Assembly (NCBI GenBank): GCA_963748215.1
Contig: CAVVHS010000006.1
Span: forward strand, 800,001 to 864,000
Direction of reading: 5' to 3'
DNA: 64,000 nucleotides
Source of the DNA: an uncultured Gammaproteobacteria bacterium
Lineage (GTDB): Bacteria > Pseudomonadota > Gammaproteobacteria > UBA9214
Notes under the pieces: model-generated
Told to the model about the DNA's origin: nothing
Seen by the model: the letters and a program-made list of their open reading frames with translations, nothing else
Databases searched by the model: none
Shown: in pieces, positions 21,457 through 31,600 of the stretch
Position numbering within the stretch: the first letter of the stretch is position 1
How the letters are laid out: every line of letters begins with the position of its first letter
Program-made: the position numbers and the translations under genes

Positions 21457-22155
21457 CTATTCGCTTCTTGAATATACAACGACTGCACCAACAGAATAAT
21501 CAGGGTCATAGTAAAGTCCTTCTCCACGAAGATCCATCGCCATCGTATCTATACCCCTCAACCCTATTGACCCCTTATGCACCTCTAGCAATACTGTCCT
21601 CACGCAGCTCAAATCAACACGGTTAAAAAGATCGACTTCGCCACCCTCAATATCGCAAATAATTATCGTTGGCTTGAAATCATCAATTAATTCTTGAACA
21701 TCAAGAATAGGAACACTTATGCAAGAAATATAACCTGCCTTAGGCTCCAAAGAAGCCCCCCAAAAGTTTTCCGTAATATAAAAAGACACCACATTATCCT
21801 TTACCTCACCTAGTTTGCGACGCCCTATTCGTGATAGCGCAACTCCATTTATAACTTTAGATTTTACCCTATTCAGCACATGTGTAGACCTAATAACTTC
21901 TATAAGCTTAGGATTCGCTTCAACAGCAACACATTCTTCGAGTTTGCAGTGAGCAGCTGCAAGCGCTGAAAGATATCCCACACCAGCACCGAACTCCAAA
22001 AGCCGATCACCATCTCGAAATATACGTGGAATTTGCCTGGCCTCTAAATGTTCATATTTACCTGAGTCAAAGGCTTTCTTTATCGTCGACGTTAACATTT
22101 CATTCGGAATGTCAAGCTTCACCCCCTGAATGTTATACGTTGCTATATCATTCAT
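21457..22155 (-). CDS. FkbM-family methyltransferase
   Basis: LEFGAGVG, VEANP and CDIEGGE motifs. Confidence 0.85.
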   Translation of the reverse strand: MNDIATYNIQGVKLDIPNEMLTSTIKKAFDSGKYEHLEARQIPRIFRDGDRLLEFGAGVGYLSALAAAHCKLEECVAVEANPKLIEVIRSTHVLNRVKSKVINGVALSRIGRRKLGEVKDNVVSFYITENFWGASLEPKAGYISCISVPILDVQELIDDFKPTIIICDIEGGEVDLFNRVDLSCVRTVLLEVHKGSIGLRGIDTMAMDLRGEGLYYDPDYSVGAVVVYSRSE

Positions 22156-22229
22156 TCCTAGCTCCCCTATCTACCAAGTTCTACATGACTGTAAAGGAGC
22201 CTCTTAATATGCTCCCGCGTTCTTTGATC

Positions 22230-22500
22230 AACCCATACCAGTGCTTACATCAGGTGGATACGCAACGTCACCGACAATGGGTAAGGCGGCTAACTGCCTG
22301 TCTTGCGATAGAATGATTTGATCCGGTTTCCCAGGCATTTCCACGGAATGAGCTGATCTATCACGGCAAGGAATTTTTCCCGGCGTGGTTGCTTGCACTT
22401 GGTGCGGTATTCTGCATCCAAAAAGCTCATCTGACCCATGGCTGCCCGCTGTCGAAAAAGATGCGTATTGTCGTTCATGCAAGGACTTTCTCAGAGCCTC
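22230..22500 (-). mobile_element. IS5-family remnant (5' end)
   Basis: GAGGCTCTGAGAAAGTCC IR; MGQMSFLDAEY...RREKFLA...IPW transposase N-terminus. Confidence 0.8.
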
Positions 22501-22501
22501 A

Positions 22502-23616
22502 CTAGTCCTGATGGTCCTTTACGATAAGAACTATCATATGAGTAATTAGCGCCAAAAATATGGCTATTATTGTAAAAACTGTTGAATTGTAGGCCCGTCG
22601 TGGCTCTAGAGGATATTCGGGCAAGGTAGGGGTCTGCAAAACCGACACTTGTTTCAATTGCCGCGCAGCATCAATTCTAGTGTTCTGTAGTGCAGCCAAG
22701 GCACCTGAATAACTTTCCTGCGCGAAACTGCAGCTTGAGTTCCAAAGTCTGGTAATCGGCTGACTTTACGTTCAAAGCATTCCCAGACTGTTCAGCCATT
22801 CGGCTCTGCTCATGCGCAATCTGAGTTTCCAAGGCCTTAATTTCGCTATCCACACGCTTAACTTCCGGCGAGTCTGCGCTTTGAAAACTGACAAGCACTG
22901 ACTTTCTTGCCTTGAGAATTGCACACTGTCCTTCGAGTTCTGCGACCAAAACGCCAATCGCTTCAACAGTACCGACCGGGGAAACGAGCCCATACTGGTT
23001 TTGGTAGTCAATAAGGGCTTTCTTGGCTGACTGATAATTTTTTACTCAGTTCATCGACCTGTTTCTCCAAAAAACGGACCTGCTCATCAGCGAGGCGATA
23101 ACCAAGTTCGTTCATGTAGGACTCCCCGGTTGTAATGAGAAGCTTGTTAATCCGCTGAGCTACATCAGGAGAAAATGCCTGTATCTTGATTCGCAACACC
23201 TGCGAATAGTCATCCAGTTCTACGGAGATCACTGATTGGTAGTATTCGTGCAGTTCTTCCAGGGGAACTTGATCGGATGACAATCTGGAGAACCAGTCGA
23301 TTTTACTGTTCGAGTAATGCTCTCTAAAACCCACAGCGTCGTTGACGTTCTGCATCATATCGACGGATAACAGATAGTCGCGCAACAACAGCATATCACC
23401 AGACTTGTTGGTGCCCGCTCCACCGAACAGTGATCCGAAACCCATCTCCGGTGGAGCAATCTGAGGGCTCTCAAGCACAACGTTGCTCTCAGACACATAC
23501 CGATCACTTGCTATAAAGACCCAGTAAGAGACAACGATAATGATCGAAACGAAGCAAATCGCCCAATGAGGATAACGTCTCGCAAACGCGAGTAATTGTG
23601 CACTACTTCTTGCCAT
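22502..23616 (-). pseudogene. kpsE: KpsE/WcbD capsule export copolymerase, split by two frameshifts (~23030 and ~22725)
   Basis: ASDRYVSES, YLLSVDM and PTLPEYPLEPRR lie in three different ORFs; frameshifts may be real or sequencing errors. Confidence 0.85.
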
Positions 23617-24289
23617 TCGTCTTCGCTTGATCCGTTAACTCGTGGTACGCATTGATGGCATTTTTAATGTCGTTGTACCAGGTCGAGCTTCCTTGTGTAA
23701 GCAGTACGCCGGCTTGGCACAAGTCTTTCAATATGCCTTCCTGGTGGGAGACGATGATCAGGCTGGATCGGCCGACCCGATCACGAAAGGCCTTTTCCGC
23801 TTTGCGCTTGAAGACTCGATCGCCCACAGCCGTAGCCTCGTCAGATAGATAAACCTCAAAATCGAAGGCCAGCGACAAACCAAAGTTGAGGCGACTACGC
23901 ATGCCGCTCGAATAAGTTCGTACTGGCTTGTCGAAGGCATCGCCGATTTCGGAAAAATCCTCGACATACTCAATGAGGTGGGCTATTTCTTCCTCATCCG
24001 CACCATGCACCCTGGCAACGAATTTGACATTCTGGCGACCGGTCATTTTCCCCTGCAAACCGCCACCCAAACCGATCGGCCAGGAAACGCTACAGTTTCG
24101 TGTGATTTTACCCTTGTCGGGCGAATCCATTCCTGCGATCAGACGAAGTAGCGTAGACTTTCCAGCGCCATTGCCACCCAGAATGCCCACGCTCACGTTC
24201 GTGGGAAAATCGATATTGATATCTTTTAGCACCCAATTATGGCTAAAGTGATCTCGGTACCGCTTGTAAAGATTTCTGACGCGAATCAC
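23603..24289 (-). CDS. kpsT: Capsule ABC transporter ATP-binding protein KpsT
   Basis: GGNGAGKST, YSSGM and DEATAVGD motifs. Confidence 0.95.
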   Translation of the reverse strand: MIRVRNLYKRYRDHFSHNWVLKDINIDFPTNVSVGILGGNGAGKSTLLRLIAGMDSPDKGKITRNCSVSWPIGLGGGLQGKMTGRQNVKFVARVHGADEEEIAHLIEYVEDFSEIGDAFDKPVRTYSSGMRSRLNFGLSLAFDFEVYLSDEATAVGDRVFKRKAEKAFRDRVGRSSLIIVSHQEGILKDLCQAGVLLTQGSSTWYNDIKNAINAYHELTDQAKTNGKK

Positions 24290-25071
24290 GATGCTGCCAA
24301 CCTATATTTGTAACGAATGTGCAGCATCAACCCCATCAACACCCACCCCAGTATCCAGAACCACATATAAACGACATCGGCTTCCGGTATCACACGATAA
24401 CTGTCGAAAAATGCCCCTCGCAGCAACTCTAGGCCATGGGCAATGGGATTTATCATAAGCAACTGTCGGAAATTGTCGGGCAGGTGGCTGATCGGGAAGA
24501 TCGCACCGGAGATCAGTAACAATGGAAATGACAAAATTCTAGTAATCCAGCCAATTTCCTGAATTATCGTGGACAAAGCGGATACAACAAGCCCGGCGCC
24601 TACCCCAAGCATCCACAATGAAAACCAGAGAAACATGGCCAGCATGGGTTTATCAGGGAGCAGATCCAATCCCTGTAAAAGACTCCCCAAAATAAAGAGC
24701 AATAATACGAATGTCTTCAGAACCCCTTCGACATAGAAACGCACCAGTACCGGGTCTATGGGTTTAACCTGCCGATAGGCAAACAACGCCCTGTTGCTGT
24801 CTATCGCACCAAGCGAGCGCATCAAGTTCTCACGGAACAGGAAGAATCCCAACAACCCGACCACCAACCATGGCACCTGCTCGACGCCGTTAAAGCTGAT
24901 ATGCGCACCCACAATGGCCCGAACACCGACCATTATGATAATCAGCGCAACCGGTTCGAACAACATCCAGAACCATGACAAACGTTCGCCTGCTACTCGA
25001 ACAATCGTTTCGCGCATGAAGATAGCGTGCCAAACTGCCAGTGTTACCTGCCACGAATTTCGCGCTTTCAT
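24286..25071 (-). CDS. kpsM: Capsule ABC transporter permease KpsM
   Basis: W.LFEP, LFAYRQVKPID and INPIAHGLELLR motifs. Confidence 0.93.
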   Translation of the reverse strand: MKARNSWQVTLAVWHAIFMRETIVRVAGERLSWFWMLFEPVALIIIMVGVRAIVGAHISFNGVEQVPWLVVGLLGFFLFRENLMRSLGAIDSNRALFAYRQVKPIDPVLVRFYVEGVLKTFVLLLFILGSLLQGLDLLPDKPMLAMFLWFSLWMLGVGAGLVVSALSTIIQEIGWITRILSFPLLLISGAIFPISHLPDNFRQLLMINPIAHGLELLRGAFFDSYRVIPEADVVYMWFWILGWVLMGLMLHIRYKYRLAAS

Positions 25072-25098
25072 AGTTCAGCGAATCTCAACCCCAAAAGA

Positions 25099-26820
25099 TT
25101 ACAGGTTCAAAGCGACACTAGTCGCAATCGCAATCTGGTAAAGTATCTGGGTTATGCTCGTTGCAAGCGACAGATTCTTGGTTGGCGCCTTGGGGAGCAC
25201 CAGGATCTCATCACCCGGTCGCAAGGCCACAGCATTTTCCTCACGCACCTCGCCGTTGCGGCGTACAATGAGAATCTTGTCATCGTCGGCTTGTTTAGTG
25301 AATCCACCGGAACCATCGATGTAATCACGTACCGACATGCCTTGCTGGAACACTGCGGCTTGGGGAACCAGCACTTCCCCACTGATCAGAATCGAATCAT
25401 TGATTTCGGGCAGAGTGATCACATCGCCATCCTGCAGACGAATATCGGCAATCCCCGAATCCTTGGCTACTACCAGACGGCCATTGGGTTCGATACGGGA
25501 AGCTTTGGCCACAAACTCCCGAATCAGTTGCGCTTCCTTTACTCGAATCGCAGACTCTTCCGGGGTCGCCGAGCTCGCTCCCAAGTAGCTGCTCTCGAGG
25601 CGCTGCAAGCTGTCGGTCAAGGCCTTCTTCTGGCGCTCAGCAACACTGACCCGGCGGATCGATACGCTTGCCGTATCAGTGAGCTCCTCCGGAACTGAAA
25701 CAACAGACAACAATTCTGTCAGCCGTACATCCTTGGGCAGGGTGTAGCGCGAGGGCCCATAGAAGCTTCCCTCCAACTGCACGACGATCGTCTGCTCATA
25801 CCAATCGGCACTGAAAAAGACATCGTCGCCATCACGCAGGCGTTGCTCGGCAAATTCGGACATTGTCCGGTAGGTCGAAAAGGGTCCCTCGTCACGACCA
25901 CCGCGCAGCAACACGTACGATACATTGGGCTGCAGCCGCGCCATCTTCAATAACGCCGCACCGTAGAGTTCATTGGACAGAAGCTCGTAACTATAGGCAC
26001 GCAAGACATCACCGGCAACCTGAACAGCAGCGCCGCGCGGACCAACCACGATCGTATCGCCATCGCGAAACTGCAGTTCTTTCAAGGTACCTTTGGTTAG
26101 AAAGTCGTAAAGATCAACCTGGGCTATCTCGCTACCAGAGCGCTTGATACTGATCTTTCGATAGCTGCCCAACGCATTATCAATGCCACCGGCCTGAGCC
26201 AGGAAATACAGCACCGAACCATCAGGTGTTCCCGCGTAATGACCGGGTTTATTGACATAACCGGAGACAAATACGGCTACGGGCTGAACGCCCTGGAGAT
26301 TTGTGTACACGCTGACGTTTTCAGGATACACGGTACGCACGGCCTCACGCACACGGCCACTCAGTTCTGCATTGGTCAGTCCCTGCACTTTTACCGGTCC
26401 AATGGCGGGAATAAAGATATTGCCCTTAGCGTCAACTGGCTGGATGCGTTCCAGTTCCACCGCGCCCCAGATCCGCAGGGTAATCTGATCACCCGGTACC
26501 ACACGGTAATCGGGGCTCAACCCGTCTGCCCTGACCCCGGCAAAACCTTTGCCACTGAACAACTCGCTACCGAAGGGCTGGATAATGTTGTCCTGACTCT
26601 CAGAGTCGGCACCTGGCGGTATCTCTCCGTATCCTCCGGTTCGCCAATCGGTACGTCCCGGCTCTTCGTTAACCGGCTGTTGCAACTGCTCGGCCTGTTG
26701 ATCGATCGTCAGATCACCTGCGCTCTCCAGGCCCGCCAATGCAGCTACAACCTGCGTAGCCGAAACAAGGCCGAGTGCGAGAACAACACACTGTATTGTA
26801 AGTCTGAAGAGAAAGCTCAT
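25099..26820 (-). CDS. kpsD: Polysaccharide export protein KpsD (Poly_export + SLBB)
   Basis: PFGSELF, Y..PGDQITLRIWG, GNIFIP.IGPV; C-terminal TQILYQIAIA. Confidence 0.9.
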   Translation of the reverse strand: MSFLFRLTIQCVVLALGLVSATQVVAALAGLESAGDLTIDQQAEQLQQPVNEEPGRTDWRTGGYGEIPPGADSESQDNIIQPFGSELFSGKGFAGVRADGLSPDYRVVPGDQITLRIWGAVELERIQPVDAKGNIFIPAIGPVKVQGLTNAELSGRVREAVRTVYPENVSVYTNLQGVQPVAVFVSGYVNKPGHYAGTPDGSVLYFLAQAGGIDNALGSYRKISIKRSGSEIAQVDLYDFLTKGTLKELQFRDGDTIVVGPRGAAVQVAGDVLRAYSYELLSNELYGAALLKMARLQPNVSYVLLRGGRDEGPFSTYRTMSEFAEQRLRDGDDVFFSADWYEQTIVVQLEGSFYGPSRYTLPKDVRLTELLSVVSVPEELTDTASVSIRRVSVAERQKKALTDSLQRLESSYLGASSATPEESAIRVKEAQLIREFVAKASRIEPNGRLVVAKDSGIADIRLQDGDVITLPEINDSILISGEVLVPQAAVFQQGMSVRDYIDGSGGFTKQADDDKILIVRRNGEVREENAVALRPGDEILVLPKAPTKNLSLATSITQILYQIAIATSVALNL

Positions 26821-26854
26821 CGAATCATTCTATCCTGATCACTCATTATTTGCC

Positions 26855-27229
26855 TTAATAGAGCGGCACAACAAGACGCCGTGTATACCACTGCCCACCG
26901 GACTCCTGACAGGCCAACAAGGCCTGTTCGCCCTGAGCACCGCTCACGAAAATTCTACGGCAATACTCACCGATCGCAGAAAAATAGACCGGTTCAGCCT
27001 TTATCAGCACCCCGCCACCCCATGGACTCGCGGCAAATTCACGAGTTGCCGCTTCTCGATGGTCATTCAGAAATCGGGACAAATCCTCAGGCATGGCAGA
27101 AGCATCCCCTTGATCACTATGATCCTGGCTAACCGGCAGATACGCACATCCGTAGACGAGCATAAGACTCAGAATGACCGTAAAACGTACCAGCACTCGA
27201 TTCAGCATCTGATCTGAAAGAAAACCCAT
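26855..27229 (-). CDS. Small lipoprotein (DVU3141-like)
   Basis: Lipobox VYGC; YFSAIGEYCRR motif. Confidence 0.65.
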   Translation of the reverse strand: MGFLSDQMLNRVLVRFTVILSLMLVYGCAYLPVSQDHSDQGDASAMPEDLSRFLNDHREAATREFAASPWGGGVLIKAEPVYFSAIGEYCRRIFVSGAQGEQALLACQESGGQWYTRRLVVPLY

Positions 27230-27324
27230 CTGAAATTCTCGATAAACGAAAGTTGGGGCTGATTATACATGCGGCCCCTCCCGGAAACACTGCGGCCGGG
27301 CATCCCGAGCCGCGCGAAGAAGTT

Positions 27325-28653
27325 TCAACTGTCGGCCAAAGTCAATGCCTCGATAGTAGCGCGTGCCTGCTCCTCCTTATGCTGAGTGCTCAAGAAAAAA
27401 CGCAATCGTGCCTCCTTTTCCTCAACGGCGGGATATATGATCGGCTGCACATTGATTCCACGTTCGAACATTCGGTTGGAAAGCTTCGTCGCTTTCAGCG
27501 AACTACCAGTGATAACCGGCACGATGGCATACCCCAGCGAGTGACCTGTATCGAGACCTGCCTCTCTGGCTTTTTGCAGAAAGTCCTGCGATTGCTCACG
27601 AAGACGTTGTACCCGGCCGGGTTCCTTTTGCATCAGGCGTAATGCCTCCAAAGAAGCCGCTGCCAGCACGGGAGAGATTCCAACACTGTATACGAAACCC
27701 GGGGCTGCGTACTTAAGGTGCTCGACCAGGGCCCGCTCGCCTGCTATGTAGCCGCCGCTCCCGGCCAGCGTCTTGCTCAGCGTCCCCATCCAGATATCGA
27801 CATCTTTACCATGCACATCAAAATGCTCATGGATACCCCGGCCATTATTGCCCAGGACACCAAGCGAGTGCGCTTCATCGACCATCAGGAATACCTTGTG
27901 ACGACGCTTTATATCGATCAACGCAGGCAGATCAGGTATATCGCCATCCATGCTGTAATGGCCTTCGACCACGACCAGAACACGTTCGAACTGGCCGCGT
28001 ATATCGGCGAGAATCTGATCCAGCATCCGATGGTTGTTGTGCGGAAATGAACGGCGCGCACTGCCGGAAAGCTTGATTCCCTCGATCACGCTGTTGTGTA
28101 TCAGACTGTCATGGATGATCAGGTCCTTGGGACCGAACAGGTACCCGATCGTACTGACGTTGGTCGCATGACCGCTGACAAATACGATGCAGTCTTCCAC
28201 ACCATAGTTGTCAGCCAAGGTCTCTTCCAGTTCGCGCTGCACACCGCGCTCACCGGCGACCAGGCGACTGGCCGAAGCGGATGTCCCGTAACGGTCTATA
28301 GCCTCTTTCGCTGCCTTGTTGACTGCAGGGTGTCCAGCCAGGCCCAGGTAGTTGTAACTGGAGAAGTTGATGTACTCGCGACCGCCAATGCGAGTGGTGG
28401 CTCCGGCAACCCCATCATGAGTTATGAAAAAGGGGTTGGCCAGCTTAATGCGGTCCGCCGCCATCTTCGAGACCAGAATTTTTTCATAGCCCGGATGACG
28501 GTCAAAACGACAGAAGGCATCCGGCACCGAGGCATGCCTGGACGTGCGAGAAGCCGGCAATGAATCACCCGATTCGACACCCTTGCCTTTCTTCCCGAGA
28601 AAATGCTCGATCAATTGCGCTTTGGCGGCATGACCCAAACTCAGTTTACTCAT
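27325..28653 (-). CDS. PLP-dependent alpha-oxoamine synthase (AONS/SPT family; WcbT/RkpG-like)
   Basis: SYNYLGL, GHATN, SMDGD, VDEAHS and GTLSK motifs; start overlaps the PKS stop. Confidence 0.9.
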   Translation of the reverse strand: MSKLSLGHAAKAQLIEHFLGKKGKGVESGDSLPASRTSRHASVPDAFCRFDRHPGYEKILVSKMAADRIKLANPFFITHDGVAGATTRIGGREYINFSSYNYLGLAGHPAVNKAAKEAIDRYGTSASASRLVAGERGVQRELEETLADNYGVEDCIVFVSGHATNVSTIGYLFGPKDLIIHDSLIHNSVIEGIKLSGSARRSFPHNNHRMLDQILADIRGQFERVLVVVEGHYSMDGDIPDLPALIDIKRRHKVFLMVDEAHSLGVLGNNGRGIHEHFDVHGKDVDIWMGTLSKTLAGSGGYIAGERALVEHLKYAAPGFVYSVGISPVLAAASLEALRLMQKEPGRVQRLREQSQDFLQKAREAGLDTGHSLGYAIVPVITGSSLKATKLSNRMFERGINVQPIIYPAVEEKEARLRFFLSTQHKEEQARATIEALTLADS

Positions 28654-31600
28654 ATGATCAGGCTGGCACCCTTCCGTGCAAGCGCCTCTGCATCCTCGAC
28701 GAGACTCTCGACCTCCTCTTGGCTCATTGCGGCCTCTCCGTGTTGCCGCAACATCCCCTCAACCATATCGGCGGCATTGACAACGTCCTGTGCAATCTTC
28801 TCTGCACCGAGCAACTTCTCCACAATGCGCGTGGTAACGCGCGCGGCACTGGGTGAATCGTTGAGCATCATAGCCGGCAATTGTATGCCAAAACGCTGCT
28901 CCAGCCCAAGCGCAAGCTCTACAGCCATCAGGGAATCCATACCGAAGTCGTGGAGGGATCGATTGACATCCACGCGGTCTGCACCGATACACAGGGTTTG
29001 TGCAATCTCCTGCACAACCAGATCACTTACCAGCCCGGTGACTTCCTCCACCGACTTGCCGGCGATCAGTGCCTTGAAATCGATACTGTCCTCAATTTGC
29101 CCTTTGCCCTTGAGGGTTCGATTAAGCATCGCAAAACGTGCACTGGATGACGAAGGCAGCAACCGGGAAAGCGTGTTCCAGTCAAAATTGGCAAGCGACA
29201 CCACCCCCTCATTACGGGCCAATACGGATCCAAGCTCCGCCAGGGCCTCATCCGCTGCCAGCGGCGCCTTACCCAAACGCTGTTCCAGGCTGCCCATGAC
29301 CGCGGCATTGCGCGTCAGGTAGCCCGTGTCACCAATCGGTCCCCAACCGATACTTACCGCCGGCAAGCCCATATGGCGACGAAGTTTCGCAAGCCCCTCC
29401 AACCCGGCATTCGCCGCAACGTAATTCCCCTGCCCGGGGTTGCCGATGCTGGTGGTGATCGATGAGTACATGACGAAATAATCAAGCGGTATATCCAGCG
29501 TCAGTTTGTGCAGGTTCCAGGCACCAACCAGCTTCGGTTGCAACACCGCCACCATGCTGTCTGCATCCAGGTTGGCGATCAGTCGATCGTCGATCACCAT
29601 CGCGGCATGCAGCACTCCCGTGAGCGGCGGCATGGAATCACGCACGTGCTTGATTACAACCTTAAGCTCCTTGGCATCGGTGATGTCACAAGCCATCGCC
29701 TCTACCCTGACACCCTGGGCCTCGAGTTCCTCGATTGCCTCGCCCGCACCAGGAGTGTAGATACCGCGCCGTCCCAACAACACCAGATTTCCAACACCCT
29801 GAGCAGCCAGCCACCTGGCCGACTGGAGGCCAAATCCGGCCAGCCCGCCGCTGATCAGCCAGGTACTGTCCTTCTCGAACGAGGTCTCGGCCGCCTCGAT
29901 TAGCGATTCCTGCAAGGCAGGACGCGCGTCCGCCAGCGACACCACCACCTTACCAATATGCCGCGCCTGTTGCATGAAGCGGAAGGCGTCGACCACCCTT
30001 TCGGCGCTGAATACCCGGTAAGGCAGGGGCGCAAGGGCACCTTCACGGAACAACGCCATGACCTCACGGAACAAACGTGCCGCTAGTTGCGGACGCCCGG
30101 TCAAGAGTTGATCAGCATCGATGCCAAAGTAGCTGATGTTGTCCTTGAATGGCCGCAGGCCAATGGGCGTATTCTCGATAAAATCACGTTTCCCCAGCTC
30201 GAGAAAACGTCCGAACGGCTTGAGCACCCGCAGGTTGCGACGGATGGCCTCGCCCGCCAGGGAATTAAGGACCACATCCACACCTTCGTCATCGGTGATG
30301 GCCAGGATGTCGTCGGCAAACGCCAGGCTGCGCGAATCAAGAACATGATCTGCGCCCAACAGGTGGACGAAATCACGTTTCTCGTCATTACCGGCCGTGG
30401 CAAAGACCTCCGCACCCAAATGACGCGCCAACTGAATCGCGGCAATACCGACGCCACCGGCCGCACCGTGAATCAGCACCCGTTCACCCGGCTGCAAATC
30501 CGCCAGATGCTTGAGCGCGTAGAAAACGGTAAAGAAAACCGTCGGCACAGTAGCCGCCGCCTCGAATTCCCATTCAGCAGGCATCGATGCCAGGGCATCG
30601 GCGCGTGTAACCACATGACTTGAAAAACACGAGGCACCGAATCCCATCACCGGGTCACCGGGTTGAAACTCCTGTACCCGCGCTCCGATACGGCTAACCA
30701 CCCCGGCAAATTCCAGACCCAGATTGGCTCCTGCAAATCCGTTTTCCACCGCCTCGTCCGGGAGCAGCCCCATCAGATACATCACGTCACGGAAGTTGAG
30801 CCCGGTCGCCATGGCACGCACCTCGACCTCATACTCATCCAGCGCTCGCTCCTGCGAGGGCAACCAGAGCAGGTTGCGTAATTGGCCGGGAACCTTGAAG
30901 TCGAGACGGAAGCGCGTTTTATCCTCGGCTGTCTGCCCGGCAGGTACGGCGGACTCGTGCAAACTCAGGCTGTAGCGGGCATGCTTTCCCAGAACTACCT
31001 CATTCACCCCATCCGGCCGCAACAACTCGTTCTGAATGCGCCTCGGCACGTCTGCCGCGTTCGGATCACAAGCGAGGTCGATGAGGGTGCATTCCAGTGC
31101 AGGGTACTCGTTCATCACCACCCTGCCAAAGCCCCACAATGCGGATTGCACGGGATTGCCGGCCTGCTCCGCGGGCAGCCCGGTTCCCAGAGCGCCACCA
31201 TGGGTCACAACCCAAAGCCGCGGCAGATTGTCGGGTTCAGTGAGCAGGCGCTGCACGATGGCCAGCGTATCAGACAGGATCGTCGGGGCCGCCTCGGCGC
31301 CACGTCCCCAGCCGATCATCAGCACCACATGGTCGATATCCTCGACCGGCACAGCCTGCCCAGTGTCGGTGACGATGACCTCCTGTCCTTGGGACTCGAG
31401 CTGGATACCTACATGTTCGGCCATACGCGATGCGGCCTCGTCGGTAAGCAAAACCCATTTCGCCATATCCGTGTCCGGAAGTGCCGTCACTTCGTCCTCC
31501 GGACATCGTGCGAGCAGCAGGTAGGCGCCCTCGGCCAGCCCTTCGGAGGCCGGTTCGGAAAAATTGCCGATGTCTTCAAAACCCTCTTCTTGCAGCGCCT

